The notes: generated by a model not told the origin, from the sequence alone. DNA of 57,401 nucleotides from Candidatus Zixiibacteriota bacterium (GCA_043819555.1 JBDREQ010000040.1:1-57401); one strand, 5' to 3'. Positions 39,474 to 50,391 are shown, counted from the first letter of the stretch. Numbers and translations: made by a program.

Positions 39474-40834
39474 ATCTTTATATCGGTCCGCGCGATTAAG
39501 GAACTTATTACATTCTTGCTTTCGGTTTCCTGCCATTCATCATCGGAATGGGATCCTTTGACGATTCCCGACCCGACAAACGCATGCATGCCTTTTTCAT
39601 CGATGACCATCGACCGGATTCCGACCATGATTTCTGATTCATTTTTGCCCCAATAACCGATCGGGCCGGCGTACCACCCCCGATCAAACGGCTCCAGTTG
39701 TGAGATCATGTCAACTGCTGCCTGTCGTGGCGTTCCACCTACGGCGGGGGTGGGGTGAAGAGTATCAATAATTTTCCGGTCGCCAACATCATCCTTCAAG
39801 TGACCCGTGATTCTTGCCAGAAGATGCTGTATCCCCGATAACTTTAAAACCATCGGAGAGTGTTTTTTCACCTGGCCGGCGCAGACGAGACTGAGAGACT
39901 TCTCGACTCCGTCAATAACCGCCTTATGCTCGCGTTGGAGTTTGGCATCATTGAATAACAGTGCTTCGAGTTTCCCGTCGTCTTCCTCGGTTTCTCCCCG
40001 CTTGACAGTAGATGAGAGTGCATCGACTGAAATATTTTTGTTTTGCCTGCGGTATAGTCTTTCTGGCGAAACGGAAATAAATGATTTGCCTTTATCGTTC
40101 TGATAGAGCATGGCGTAATTATTTTTATGGCTGCCATCGAGCGAATCCAGCAGGTCAAATGGGTTTATCGGAGAAGTGGTTCGATAATCAATTCTTCGGG
40201 TGATGACAATTTTTTTTAAATCTCCGGCATCGATCGCGTTTATGCATTTTGAAATAATTGTGTTCCATGCATTTTTTTCGGGCAAATACCAAATGCGCTC
40301 TAAATTGGGGATATAATCAGAATGCGACGATTTCTGCCTCATGGATAAATCTTTAAATATTCTTTCAAATTTATTTAGTTCTGCCGAATCGGTTCTTGAA
40401 TCAACCGCCAGGCAGTAATGCATTAAATATTTATTATCTTGCCGGCGAATCATGATTTCAGGCACGAAACACATTTCTTCGGGGAATCCATCCCAGATAT
40501 CATCGCTATTTGCAGAATCTGAAAAACGCGAAGCATATAGAAATAACAAATTATCCTGAGGCGATAATTTAAGTATTTCATCTGCTTTGTCTGATGAGCC
40601 AGAGAATGCCATTTTATACGCTCCAATTTCAATTCGATTATCTCTGGTTCGAAAATAAAATTTGTCGCCCCGTCCGGAAACCTTTAGCCATTCCCGAATA
40701 TCCAAAGGTGAAATTTCTTTTTCCAATAAGAATGGCAACGGCTGTCTGGTTGAAGTGGAGCGTTTTTTGACACAGGCGAATATTTCCGCAGCATTTTCGC
40801 TTTGATTGGCGGTGTATGTAATTTTGTCAGGCAT
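39470..40834 (-). CDS. menF: Isochorismate synthase
   Basis: SPERL, REH, IQHL, LHPTPAVGG, RGWYAGPIG. Confidence 0.92.
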   Translation of the reverse strand: MPDKITYTANQSENAAEIFACVKKRSTSTRQPLPFLLEKEISPLDIREWLKVSGRGDKFYFRTRDNRIEIGAYKMAFSGSSDKADEILKLSPQDNLLFLYASRFSDSANSDDIWDGFPEEMCFVPEIMIRRQDNKYLMHYCLAVDSRTDSAELNKFERIFKDLSMRQKSSHSDYIPNLERIWYLPEKNAWNTIISKCINAIDAGDLKKIVITRRIDYRTTSPINPFDLLDSLDGSHKNNYAMLYQNDKGKSFISVSPERLYRRQNKNISVDALSSTVKRGETEEDDGKLEALLFNDAKLQREHKAVIDGVEKSLSLVCAGQVKKHSPMVLKLSGIQHLLARITGHLKDDVGDRKIIDTLHPTPAVGGTPRQAAVDMISQLEPFDRGWYAGPIGYWGKNESEIMVGIRSMVIDEKGMHAFVGSGIVKGSHSDDEWQETESKNVISSLIARTDIKI

Positions 40835-40836
40835 AA

Positions 40837-41829
40837 TTAAATCTTTGCCGGATGACAGAGCCGGGATTTATTAACAATATCGTAACCCAGATTCTCAAGA
40901 TCATGCAGTAGATTTTTAAAATCGGGGAAGGTCATCGACTGGGCGCCATCGGATAAGGCGTCATTTGGATTATTGTGAACTTCGACCATAATACCATCGG
41001 CGCCTGCAGCCAGGGCCGCTTTGACCAGGGGCGGAACCAACTCTCTGTCGCCCGCGGCATGCGAAGCGTCGGCAATGACCGGCAGTCCGCTCAATTGACG
41101 AGCTATCGGAATGGCCAGAACATCGAGAGTAAAGCGAGTGCGATTTTCGAACGTACGAATTCCCCGTTCGCATAGAATTATTCGTTCATTGCCCCCCTTG
41201 CGGATATAGTCGGCGGCATGAAGCCATTCGTCAATCGTTGCCGCCATGCCGCGCTTGAATAAGATTGGCTTATCAACCGCACCCAGAGCCGTCAGAAGGG
41301 TGTAGTTAAACATATTGCGCGAACCGACCTGAATGATATCGGCGTATTGATAAACCTCGTCCAGCTGTGAACGGTCCATCAATTCGGTAACAACTTTCAT
41401 ATTAAATTTCGCCGCCGCCTGCGATAGAAATTTCAAACCGACTTTCCCCAAACCCTGAAATGAACTGCTCTGTGTCCGCGGTTTGAACGCTCCCCCCCGC
41501 AAAAATCGCAATCCCAATCCTGACAAAAATCCGGCGATTTCGTCAATTTGACTTTCTGACTCAACCGAACAAGGACCGGCGATAATAGTTTTGCTTTGCT
41601 TAATCTCATCAAAGAGATTTATCGCATTTTCATCTGTCGTTTTTTTTAATATCAATTTGCCTTTACCGGAAATTTGGTCCAGTCGTTTCTGAAGGGCGTC
41701 GTTAACATTGCCGAAAATCCTGATTACGACTTTATCACGGCTAACCACCTCATAATCGAGAGGTTGTTTCGATAACTCGGCCACAAATTTATTATAATTG
41801 TCGTCTTTGCCGTCAAAACTATAAATCAT
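40837..41829 (-). CDS. aroF: DAHP synthase (class I-beta)
   Basis: IAGPCSVES, RGGAFKPRT, QVGSRNM, LCERGIR, ALSDG. Confidence 0.93.
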   Translation of the reverse strand: MIYSFDGKDDNYNKFVAELSKQPLDYEVVSRDKVVIRIFGNVNDALQKRLDQISGKGKLILKKTTDENAINLFDEIKQSKTIIAGPCSVESESQIDEIAGFLSGLGLRFLRGGAFKPRTQSSSFQGLGKVGLKFLSQAAAKFNMKVVTELMDRSQLDEVYQYADIIQVGSRNMFNYTLLTALGAVDKPILFKRGMAATIDEWLHAADYIRKGGNERIILCERGIRTFENRTRFTLDVLAIPIARQLSGLPVIADASHAAGDRELVPPLVKAALAAGADGIMVEVHNNPNDALSDGAQSMTFPDFKNLLHDLENLGYDIVNKSRLCHPAKI

Positions 41830-41978
41830 TTCGTTCCCCGCCGTCGGTATTCGTTGAATCCAACGAGGTTGTCTTCACCGAAAAAGATGCTTGTCGCGCC
41901 GGTTAAGGCTCGAAAACAATAACTTTTCAATATATATTTTTATAAATCTAAATCAAGTCCCCAGATCAACCTTTCCAT

Positions 41979-42557
41979 CTAATCATCGCCGCATATTTTT
42001 TGGCCAATTTTATGGGCTTGCTTCATAATTTTTTTATCTTCTTTGACTGAGCCCTTTTTTATTCCCGAATGAGAATATGTAATCAATCCTGCCCGCTCAA
42101 CATTAGCCCAGACAAAAAATCCCCCAATAACTTTTCGAGCCGGTTCGAATTTTTCCCGTTCGCCGCCGACGAGAATAATGATTCCTTTGCGCTTTTTTTC
42201 GATGCGCGGGATAATCATCTCCGGCGAATCCGGGCGATAGTGGCGAAAACAATTTGTGCGATCGATAAAGAGTTTGGTCTGGGCCGAGACCGAATCAAAA
42301 TATATCGGGGAACCGACGACAATGGCATCGCACCAATCGAAGGCTTTATAGATTTTATCCATACCGTCATTGAAAAAGCAATAACCTTCATCGGGCGATT
42401 GACCGCAGGACTGGCAGGGCACAATATCCAGTTCATTGAGATAAATGTACTTCGTCTTCGCTCCGCCCGCTTTGCCAGCCTTAAGAACTTCCCTGACCAA
42501 TAATTCGGTGGATGAACCGACAACGGGCGATCCTGATATGCCCAGGATATTAGTCAC
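41979..42557 (-). CDS. Iron-sulfur flavoprotein (NADPH-dependent FMN reductase family)
   Basis: ILGISGSP, CxxC...C, GSPIYF, KLFIDR. Confidence 0.88.
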   Translation of the reverse strand: MTNILGISGSPVVGSSTELLVREVLKAGKAGGAKTKYIYLNELDIVPCQSCGQSPDEGYCFFNDGMDKIYKAFDWCDAIVVGSPIYFDSVSAQTKLFIDRTNCFRHYRPDSPEMIIPRIEKKRKGIIILVGGEREKFEPARKVIGGFFVWANVERAGLITYSHSGIKKGSVKEDKKIMKQAHKIGQKICGDD

Positions 42558-44433
42558 AAGGCGGCTCCTTTTCCATTTGCTCTTTTTCAAGAGACCACGT
42601 CAAGATTTGTTCTTCAAGATTCCTGCGGATCGCATGATTTTCGTTCAGCTTTTCCCAGTCAGATTTATCGATAAAAACTTCTTCTTTCTCCAATTCAGCC
42701 AAACGGATTTCGCTGTCTGAAATTTTTTCTCCCAATTTGGCAAGTTTTTTTTTATATCTTGATTTCTGACGACTCTTTTCCTTGAATGTTTCATAAGCCG
42801 CTTTTTTCTCAGGCGATACAGATTTCCCCGTAATATTCCACGGACTGGATTTTTCCGCGTAGTAGCTGTAATCGCCGAGATACTGGCGCATATACCCGGA
42901 AGAAATTTCAAAGATATGGTTGATGACATTATCGAGAAAATAACGATCATGGCTGACAATGATGAGAGTTCCGTTATACTCTTTCAGGCCCTCCTCGAGC
43001 GCCTCAATCGAGATAATATCAAGATGATTGGTCGGTTCGTCAAATATCAATAGATTGGCGGGACGATATAATATTTTTGCCAGAGACAGCTTTGTCTTTT
43101 CGCCTCCGGAAAGCTGAAATACTTTTTTAAAAACATCCTCGCCGATAAATCCAAAACGAGCCAGAAACGAGCGGAGTCTGCCGGATTCGGCCAGCGGATC
43201 GATTTCCCATAATTCGGAAAGAACGTCATTTTGATGATTTAGATTGGAAAGCTCCTGGTCAAAGTAGGCTATATCGACATTACCGCCGATGGTTATCTCG
43301 CCAGCGATTGGTTCCAAAAGCCCGCCGAGAGTTTTTAACAAAGTTGTTTTACCGCATCCATTGGGGCCGATAATCCCCACTCGATTTCCTCGATTCAGCT
43401 CAAATTCTATTTCCTCGACAAGAGGAACATTATCGTAGCCAATTGCCATATCATCGACTTTGACAACCTGCCGGAATGAACGCCCCCCGTCAAGAATCCT
43501 GAATGTCGGTCGAGCGTTTTCCTGATGCGGTTTTTCCAGTTTTTTCATTCGGGCTAAGTACTTTTGCCGTGACTGGGCTTGTTTGGTTTTTTGTCCGGCC
43601 ATATTCCTGCGGATAAAGTCCTCAATGCGGAGAATTTCTTCCCGCTGATGACGGTAATGATGCTCGGCCAGCTTTAATTTTTTTTCGCGCTCTTCAAGAT
43701 ATTCATCAAAGCGGCAATGATATAAATTCAGCTTACACAATGAAAGTTCGGCGATCTTTTCAGCGGTGTTCTGGAGGAAACGGCGATCATGGGAAATTAT
43801 GAGAAACGCTGATTTGGATCCTGAAATATAATTCTCGAGCCAGATCGTGGCATCAATATCAAGATGGTTAGTCGGCTCATCCAAAAGCAATAAATCATAA
43901 CCGCCAAGTAATGCGGCCGCTATCTGCGCTCGGTTTCGTTCGCCTCCGGAAAAAGTCGCCAGCCGACGGTTCATCTGCATGCGATTAAAGCCAATTCCTT
44001 CGAGTACAATTTTCGCCTCGGTCTCAAAGCGGTATCCGCCCATCTCCTCATATTCCTGCGTCAGAATATGATATTCGCCAAGAATTTCTTCGGACTGTGT
44101 ATCACCTGAGATTTGAATTTCAATCGCCATTAACCGCATCCGAATATCGTTGATATCGGGATGGGTCAAAAAGCAAAAATCATACAGGGATAATTCCAAT
44201 TCATCATGCAATTCCTGGGCTACATAGCCAACCGTCATACCTTTTTTGAAATCAACTGTCCCCGAATCCGGTCGCATGATTCCGGAAATGATATTGAAAA
44301 GAGTGGTTTTGCCGGTGCCGTTATTTCCCACCAGTCCGATTTTTTGGCCCTCTTGAATAGCCAGAGAAGCATTCTCGAAGATTACCTGAGAATCAAATCG
44401 TTTGGAGATATTTGACAGCGAGGCTAACAGCAT
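42550..44433 (-). CDS. ABC-F family ATPase
   Basis: Two ABC domains (GNNGTGKT, GPNGCGKT, DEPTNHLD twice), no TM helices. Confidence 0.95.
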   Translation of the reverse strand: MLLASLSNISKRFDSQVIFENASLAIQEGQKIGLVGNNGTGKTTLFNIISGIMRPDSGTVDFKKGMTVGYVAQELHDELELSLYDFCFLTHPDINDIRMRLMAIEIQISGDTQSEEILGEYHILTQEYEEMGGYRFETEAKIVLEGIGFNRMQMNRRLATFSGGERNRAQIAAALLGGYDLLLLDEPTNHLDIDATIWLENYISGSKSAFLIISHDRRFLQNTAEKIAELSLCKLNLYHCRFDEYLEEREKKLKLAEHHYRHQREEILRIEDFIRRNMAGQKTKQAQSRQKYLARMKKLEKPHQENARPTFRILDGGRSFRQVVKVDDMAIGYDNVPLVEEIEFELNRGNRVGIIGPNGCGKTTLLKTLGGLLEPIAGEITIGGNVDIAYFDQELSNLNHQNDVLSELWEIDPLAESGRLRSFLARFGFIGEDVFKKVFQLSGGEKTKLSLAKILYRPANLLIFDEPTNHLDIISIEALEEGLKEYNGTLIIVSHDRYFLDNVINHIFEISSGYMRQYLGDYSYYAEKSSPWNITGKSVSPEKKAAYETFKEKSRQKSRYKKKLAKLGEKISDSEIRLAELEKEEVFIDKSDWEKLNENHAIRRNLEEQILTWSLEKEQMEKEPPCD

Positions 44434-44439
44434 ATTTAA

Positions 44440-46530
44440 TTATTCGTCAGGGGTTACAGGCGCGCCGCGATCACGGGCAATTAACATTTCCAAAGCCAAT
44501 AGGATTAGCGCGGCGGCAATAAAGAACTGCCATAATTCCCTCCCGAATCTTTTTTCGGAGAGAAATCCCGCGATGGATATCTCCGAAGGCAAGCGAGACG
44601 TTCCGGAAAACCGCGATTCCATTTCATTTCGGTCAACTTTATAAAAATCACCCTCATCGGAATCGACATTGACGGCAAAACGGTCGCTTTCGATACCGTC
44701 GTTCATGACTCGATACAATCCGGTTTTGGCGACTCGGCCGCAATTCAATCGGCGGGCATCGTCGCGAAATTCCATTGAGACAGTGCGGCTCAAGTTATCG
44801 GGACCAATTAATATATATTCATTGGCAATATTGAATCCTCGGCGCAAAATACGAACCGGGGATTCTCCGGCAATTATATTCTCCGTATGCGTCGAAAAAT
44901 CGGATGACAAAAATTCACAGGAGCGTACCAAAAACGGAACAAAAAAAGGATGCAAGGCAATATCAGAAATATCCTGCGAAATATCGCAACCCATATAGAG
45001 AATCCGTCCGCGACCAAAAGGCGCTGTTGTAATCGCGGGTGAACCATCCGAATATCGAGCCATCAAGCTTGCTTCCGAATCATCTTTAAGTCGAGATTTT
45101 GGCAAAGCATAAGTCCTGAAACTTAAGGATTTGGGATCGATTTTATCTTTTAATATTTGCAATATGGGATGCTCGAAATTAAAATCCGACATCAGAAAAA
45201 AACCGCTTCGGGAGAAATTCGCAGGAAACGGAGAAGTGATCGTGACGCCGGTCATATCCTCAAAGTACGTCGCATAATGAGTCGAATCAGAATTCTGTCC
45301 GATATTCAATATTAAACCCCCGCCCCGGCGGACAAAATCCTTGAGGCGATTAACATCGGTTTGCGGAAGTTTATCGTAATCGGATAGTATAACTACATTG
45401 TAGTCTCGCAAACGGGCGGTCTGAAAATTATTATATCCGATTTCTGAAACCGACCAGTGCCGCCTGAGCTGTTCATCCGGGGCCAGAGCCAGCTTAAACA
45501 GCCGCCGATCAATATCATCCTGCCCAACTAACAGAATATTAAATTGCTCCGGGACATAAAAACTAAACCAGAAGCGGTTATCCGCCAGGAGGTCATCATC
45601 GGATAATTCTATATAACCGGAGTGATAGCCCGGAGTGGAAACCGATATTTCAAAATCAACAGGCGCTGACACGCCGGGGCGCAAACGAATATCCTCCTGA
45701 GCGATCCGTGCGTCATCAAGGTACAATGAAACGAGGATTTCATCCTCGCCTTCCGATGAGTATGATTTAACGGCAGCAGTAATGGGAAATTCGGTTCCAA
45801 TTTCAATTAATTGATTGCCAAAGCTGACGTCCAATATGTTACAATTCGCTATTTCTCTAACAGGCAATTCGACCAAAAAAGTCTTCCCATCAAATTCCCC
45901 GGCCTGCTCATCCTGTGTAAATGATATTTCCTGTAAATCACTTAATATATAAATCTCATGATTTAGATTCATTCGTTCGCCCAGTAACTCGATCGCATTT
46001 GAATAGCTGGTCAATAAATCGGCGCGCATGTCTGTAAGCGAAATCTTGTCGAGAATCCGGGAGGATTGCTCGGAATTACCAAAAATATTATCAACCACCC
46101 GGTCAGTATTATCTCCGGTTGTTGTCAAAATGGCAACTTCATCTGTTTGGCCCAGCTGCGCCAAAATTTCCTGTGCCCTTCTTATTGCCAGATCAAAAAG
46201 AACTCCATCCCGCACCGATAATCCCATTGAGGCTGAATTGTCAATTATAATAACAGCCGAAACCGACGCGTGTGATCCCATATAGCCGCCTTTGGTAGCC
46301 GGTCGAGCAAAGGCGAAAACAACCATAAGAATAATAAGCGTCCTGATTATCAGGAGGAGAATTTGCTTTATTTTGATCGCCCGCACCTGATGTTTGCGCA
46401 TCGCTTTAAGAAACACGATTGATGAGAAGGGCACGGTTTTGACTTTTCTCTTCGAAAAGAGATGTAAAATGAACGGGAATAATGCGGCTGCCGCGGCAAA
46501 CAAAATCGCTGTATTAAGAAAATTTAGCAT
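44440..46530 (-). CDS. BatA/VWA domain membrane protein
   Basis: N-terminal BatA domain (PFILHLF...PFSSIVFL), IDNSASM, LLADN, C-terminal ELW...LALE. Confidence 0.85.
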   Translation of the reverse strand: MLNFLNTAILFAAAAALFPFILHLFSKRKVKTVPFSSIVFLKAMRKHQVRAIKIKQILLLIIRTLIILMVVFAFARPATKGGYMGSHASVSAVIIIDNSASMGLSVRDGVLFDLAIRRAQEILAQLGQTDEVAILTTTGDNTDRVVDNIFGNSEQSSRILDKISLTDMRADLLTSYSNAIELLGERMNLNHEIYILSDLQEISFTQDEQAGEFDGKTFLVELPVREIANCNILDVSFGNQLIEIGTEFPITAAVKSYSSEGEDEILVSLYLDDARIAQEDIRLRPGVSAPVDFEISVSTPGYHSGYIELSDDDLLADNRFWFSFYVPEQFNILLVGQDDIDRRLFKLALAPDEQLRRHWSVSEIGYNNFQTARLRDYNVVILSDYDKLPQTDVNRLKDFVRRGGGLILNIGQNSDSTHYATYFEDMTGVTITSPFPANFSRSGFFLMSDFNFEHPILQILKDKIDPKSLSFRTYALPKSRLKDDSEASLMARYSDGSPAITTAPFGRGRILYMGCDISQDISDIALHPFFVPFLVRSCEFLSSDFSTHTENIIAGESPVRILRRGFNIANEYILIGPDNLSRTVSMEFRDDARRLNCGRVAKTGLYRVMNDGIESDRFAVNVDSDEGDFYKVDRNEMESRFSGTSRLPSEISIAGFLSEKRFGRELWQFFIAAALILLALEMLIARDRGAPVTPDE

Positions 46531-46554
46531 TTTTCAACCCCGCGGACAAAGAAA

Positions 46555-48483
46555 CTAAAATCCTCGGAACGGTTCCAGTATATAAGATCTAACTTCTTGT
46601 TCAAAATGCGGTGGCAACGGATATTTCAGGATCTGTTGATAAAGGGCAATAGCCTCTTCGCGGCGCCCGTCAAGGTCGGCGACTCTTCCCAGCTCAAGCA
46701 GAAGGCGGGTTGCAAAAATAACTCGTGTCGGGTGAACCTCAAAATAAATGCCCTGATCCAGGTACGATTTGGCGACGCTGGTTTTATCATTTTCACATAA
46801 GGCCAATCCCAAATGCGCCTGCCCCAATCTCAGAAGATAAGCGGGCCGTGATTTTCCCATTTTATATATTTGTTCCATATCATCAATCGCACCGGCAAAA
46901 TAATCAATGGCAGTAGCGGTATCGCCTTCGGATAATGATATGCGGCCCATCAGGATTCCCGACGACGCCCGGCTAAGCTGTGATGGGTTTTCGGCGAGAT
47001 CCCGCATTAAATAAGTTTTTGCGCCTTCGATATTGCCCATTTGGAAATATGTATCGCCTTTTTTGTAAAAAATGCTTTTGGCCGTTGAATCAATTAATAT
47101 AACACTATCATAAATTTTCTGAGCCGAATCATATTGTCCGTCGATAAGAAGCAAATTTCCAAAAACCATCATACGGGTGGCATCCCCGGGATCATGGGCA
47201 ATTAAATATTCATACAATGTTCGAGCGGTATCATATTCTCCATCCATATACATATTCCATGCTTCTTCACCGATAGCATAGGTCGAATCATAAGTGGTTT
47301 CCATATGGTTTTTCAATTCTCTCAGGAATATATCCATTCCGGGGCGATTATAAATGAATTTATCGCGCTCATAAAAATAATGAAAATGTCCAGAATGAAT
47401 CGTAACTGTATCGAGAAGATAATGCCAGTCGGCTTCGAGAGAATCCAGGGTTATACCATAGACTGGCAAAAATTGTCCGCCGATATTCAAATCGGTCGAT
47501 TTCCGATATAGTTCTATAAAACGAGTCAAGCCATGCTTATCGACCAAGTATTTCACGAACGAGGCGGCCGTAGAAGTATTGTTATACCCGGGCAGATTAA
47601 AATAATCAATTGAACGCAGAATATTGGCCAGTGGCGGCAATTCGCTTTTCCTCTTTAATTCCCGCGCGTAGTAGTGGGCGGCATCGAAATATCCAGCCAC
47701 GCCTTCAGCCAGGATGGGCGGGGAATATCCCAGGTATTTATAAGTGCGGGTCAAAATCCCGGGGAAAGCGTCAATCGTATTGTAATTGTGGGAATAGAGC
47801 GCAAAGCAATTGGACCGGGTTGGGTCGATGGCGAAGCCACCGCGCTTATCCCATTGAACTTCCTTAAGTAAACAGGGCGATAAAAAGTAATTGATCTTTC
47901 CGGGGAATCCCTGTTCGAATATTTTCTTAAATTCCTTATAGGTCGTCTCAATATATTCTCGCAAAAGATTCCAGCGAATATCTCCCAGAGTCAGGGGAAC
48001 ATAATAAAAATCAAAATTAGCCGAGGGATCGAATCTCCAAACACCATCGGCGTGGTAGTCATATTCGCAGGTTTGATCGGTACTGGAAACGGTATCAATT
48101 GAAAGCGGTGATATCCCCACACGGTATGCGGTACTATTCTTGCCCCGGACGTCTTCAATAAAATAAATACCGCCGGCAAGGCTATGGAATTTCTTAAACA
48201 GATTTTGCGGTTGAGGCCCCAGAGTATAAAGAGAGAATTCACATTCGTATATACTGTCGCCTTTAAAATTAGTTGTCAAATCAATCGTAAAATTAACGTG
48301 GAAGCTGGTGTTTTTTATACCCTCTTCAACATCAATATTCTTTTTGTATATCAATATATAGTCACCGTCGTTGTTTTTTTCTCGAACGGTTATTTCGCAT
48401 TGAATATTGCGCGCCAGGATCAAACTTGAAGAAACCATGATATACAGGCATAGGCCACAAACCGCAACCAAATTTCGTTTCAC
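46555..48483 (-). CDS. Secreted protein: MA-peptidase-like domain lacking HExxH, plus TPRs
   Basis: PPILAEGVAGYF and SFVKYLVDKHG motifs, C-terminal TPR-like helices. Confidence 0.6.
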   Translation of the reverse strand: MKRNLVAVCGLCLYIMVSSSLILARNIQCEITVREKNNDGDYILIYKKNIDVEEGIKNTSFHVNFTIDLTTNFKGDSIYECEFSLYTLGPQPQNLFKKFHSLAGGIYFIEDVRGKNSTAYRVGISPLSIDTVSSTDQTCEYDYHADGVWRFDPSANFDFYYVPLTLGDIRWNLLREYIETTYKEFKKIFEQGFPGKINYFLSPCLLKEVQWDKRGGFAIDPTRSNCFALYSHNYNTIDAFPGILTRTYKYLGYSPPILAEGVAGYFDAAHYYARELKRKSELPPLANILRSIDYFNLPGYNNTSTAASFVKYLVDKHGLTRFIELYRKSTDLNIGGQFLPVYGITLDSLEADWHYLLDTVTIHSGHFHYFYERDKFIYNRPGMDIFLRELKNHMETTYDSTYAIGEEAWNMYMDGEYDTARTLYEYLIAHDPGDATRMMVFGNLLLIDGQYDSAQKIYDSVILIDSTAKSIFYKKGDTYFQMGNIEGAKTYLMRDLAENPSQLSRASSGILMGRISLSEGDTATAIDYFAGAIDDMEQIYKMGKSRPAYLLRLGQAHLGLALCENDKTSVAKSYLDQGIYFEVHPTRVIFATRLLLELGRVADLDGRREEAIALYQQILKYPLPPHFEQEVRSYILEPFRGF

Positions 48484-48562
48484 AATCTTACCTCTTTCTT
48501 ATAAACAATATCTTATACGCCGGGAGCGTCCTATCCTTCATGAATATCTGTCAATCGCGGCC

Positions 48563-49282
48563 TTACAAGGGCATGCAATTCCTGATTATTTTATTTCCTG
48601 ATTTAATTGGCAAAAAATCAAAGCGGTCAAGATCAGTGCAAAAAACCAGATCATCCCCCATTCCAATCGATTTCAGATATTGCCCATGCGTCGAATTAAT
48701 TGCAATTTCTCGCCAATCAGCGCCGCAGTTTTCGTAAGACAACCTGGCAAATTGGGCGGCATCATTGCCGTACGGGAAAATATCGCTCAGCCGCGAAATC
48801 ATCATTCCGGCCGCCATTGTATCTTCACCCGAAAAACGTCCTTCCTGTCCGGCGCAACAGATGACGGGCGGAGCTGATAACTCTGTTAACATTGATACCA
48901 CGGAGGACATACAGACAAACGAACCCAACAGAACTTTATCGAACTCCGAAAACCGGCGAAGGAGTTTCGTCCCGTTGGTTGAGTTGAAAATTATTTTTTG
49001 CCCGGAAACCTTTTCCTGAATCATTTCCGCGGGCGAGTTGCCAAAATCATATTTCTCGATGCGATACCCGTTTCTCTCACCTGCCAAAAGTGTTGAATCA
49101 CCCAGTTCATTTTTTAACTTCCCTGCTTCCGCTATTGAACCGACCGGATATAAGGCTTCGGCGCTGGCCGCCAGAGCCGCCGCCATTGAAGTTGTCGCTC
49201 GAAAAATATCAACAATTACTACAGTGCGATCCTTATCGAGATCGACGGGTATTTCCGCAGGCACCAAAAATAATTCAATCAT
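48563..49282 (-). CDS. comB: 2-Phosphosulfolactate phosphatase family
   Basis: VDIFRATT, LAGER.G, GNSP, STNGT, ED..AAG. Confidence 0.9.
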   Translation of the reverse strand: MIELFLVPAEIPVDLDKDRTVVIVDIFRATTSMAAALAASAEALYPVGSIAEAGKLKNELGDSTLLAGERNGYRIEKYDFGNSPAEMIQEKVSGQKIIFNSTNGTKLLRRFSEFDKVLLGSFVCMSSVVSMLTELSAPPVICCAGQEGRFSGEDTMAAGMMISRLSDIFPYGNDAAQFARLSYENCGADWREIAINSTHGQYLKSIGMGDDLVFCTDLDRFDFLPIKSGNKIIRNCMPL

Positions 49283-49290
49283 AAAATCGA

Positions 49291-50391
49291 TTACTTATTC
49301 TTTTTGTAAAACGGCGGCTTGATAACATCAGCGACATATTTTTTGCCCCTGATGTCAATTTCAACAGTGTTTCCGGCTTTAGAAAACTCCCGCGCGACAT
49401 ACCCCATTGCTATCGGAATTCCCAAGGATGGCGATACCGTCCCTGACGTTATCTTGCCTATTTTTACCTCACCATGATAAATCAAATACCCTTTTCGGGG
49501 AAACACCTTATCTTTTAGTACCAGACAGACAAGATTGCGTTTGGGTTTTTCCTTCTTGACTATTCGCAAAACATCGGCTCCGATAAAATCACCTTTGTCA
49601 AGCTTAACTATCCAACCCAGCCCGGCTTCAATCGGATTAGTTGTCTGGTCAATATCGTTGCCGTATAAGGCCATTTTCATTTCCAGTCGCAGGCTGTCGC
49701 GTGCGCCGAGACCGATCAGTTTCAAATCGTATTTTCTCCCGGCTTCAATTACAGCCTGCCAGATTTCGACCGCACATTCAGATGGAATGTACAGCTCAAA
49801 GCCATCTTCACCGGTATATCCGGTTCGGGAGAAAAGAATTTTATGTCCGGTGATTTCGCTCTCGACAGACCAGTAATATTGAATTTCGTCCAAGTTTATC
49901 GGAGTCAACTCCTGTAAAAGCTTTTGGGCATTGGGTCCCTGAATGGCCAGCAATGAGTAATAATCACTTTTATCATTCAACACGACATCTCCGACCATGT
50001 AACCTTTGAGCCAGTCGAAATCTTTGTCAATATTGGCGGCGTTAACGACCAGCAGATATTTGTCCGGAAGGCGATACACCAATAAATCATCGACAATCCC
50101 ACCATCTTCATAGGTCATGCAGGAATATTGAATCTGATTAACCTCCAGCGCGGAGACATCATTGGTTGTCATTTTTTGAAGGAATTCCAGAGCGCCGGGA
50201 CCGCTGACTTCGAATTCACCCATGTGAGTCAGATCAAAAAGACCTACTCCTGACCGAACGGTTTTATGTTCCTCTATAATCCCTGAATACTGTACCGGCA
50301 TGTAATAACCGGCGAAGGGCACCATTTTAGCTCCGGCTTCGATATGAAATTGAGTATAGGGAGTTTTTTTGAGATTATCTATATCTGCCAT
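49291..50391 (-). CDS. gcvT: Glycine cleavage T protein
   Basis: FAGYYMPVQY, FDLTHMGE, SRTGYTGEDGFE, GLGARDSLRLE. Confidence 0.97.
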   Translation of the reverse strand: MADIDNLKKTPYTQFHIEAGAKMVPFAGYYMPVQYSGIIEEHKTVRSGVGLFDLTHMGEFEVSGPGALEFLQKMTTNDVSALEVNQIQYSCMTYEDGGIVDDLLVYRLPDKYLLVVNAANIDKDFDWLKGYMVGDVVLNDKSDYYSLLAIQGPNAQKLLQELTPINLDEIQYYWSVESEITGHKILFSRTGYTGEDGFELYIPSECAVEIWQAVIEAGRKYDLKLIGLGARDSLRLEMKMALYGNDIDQTTNPIEAGLGWIVKLDKGDFIGADVLRIVKKEKPKRNLVCLVLKDKVFPRKGYLIYHGEVKIGKITSGTVSPSLGIPIAMGYVAREFSKAGNTVEIDIRGKKYVADVIKPPFYKKNK

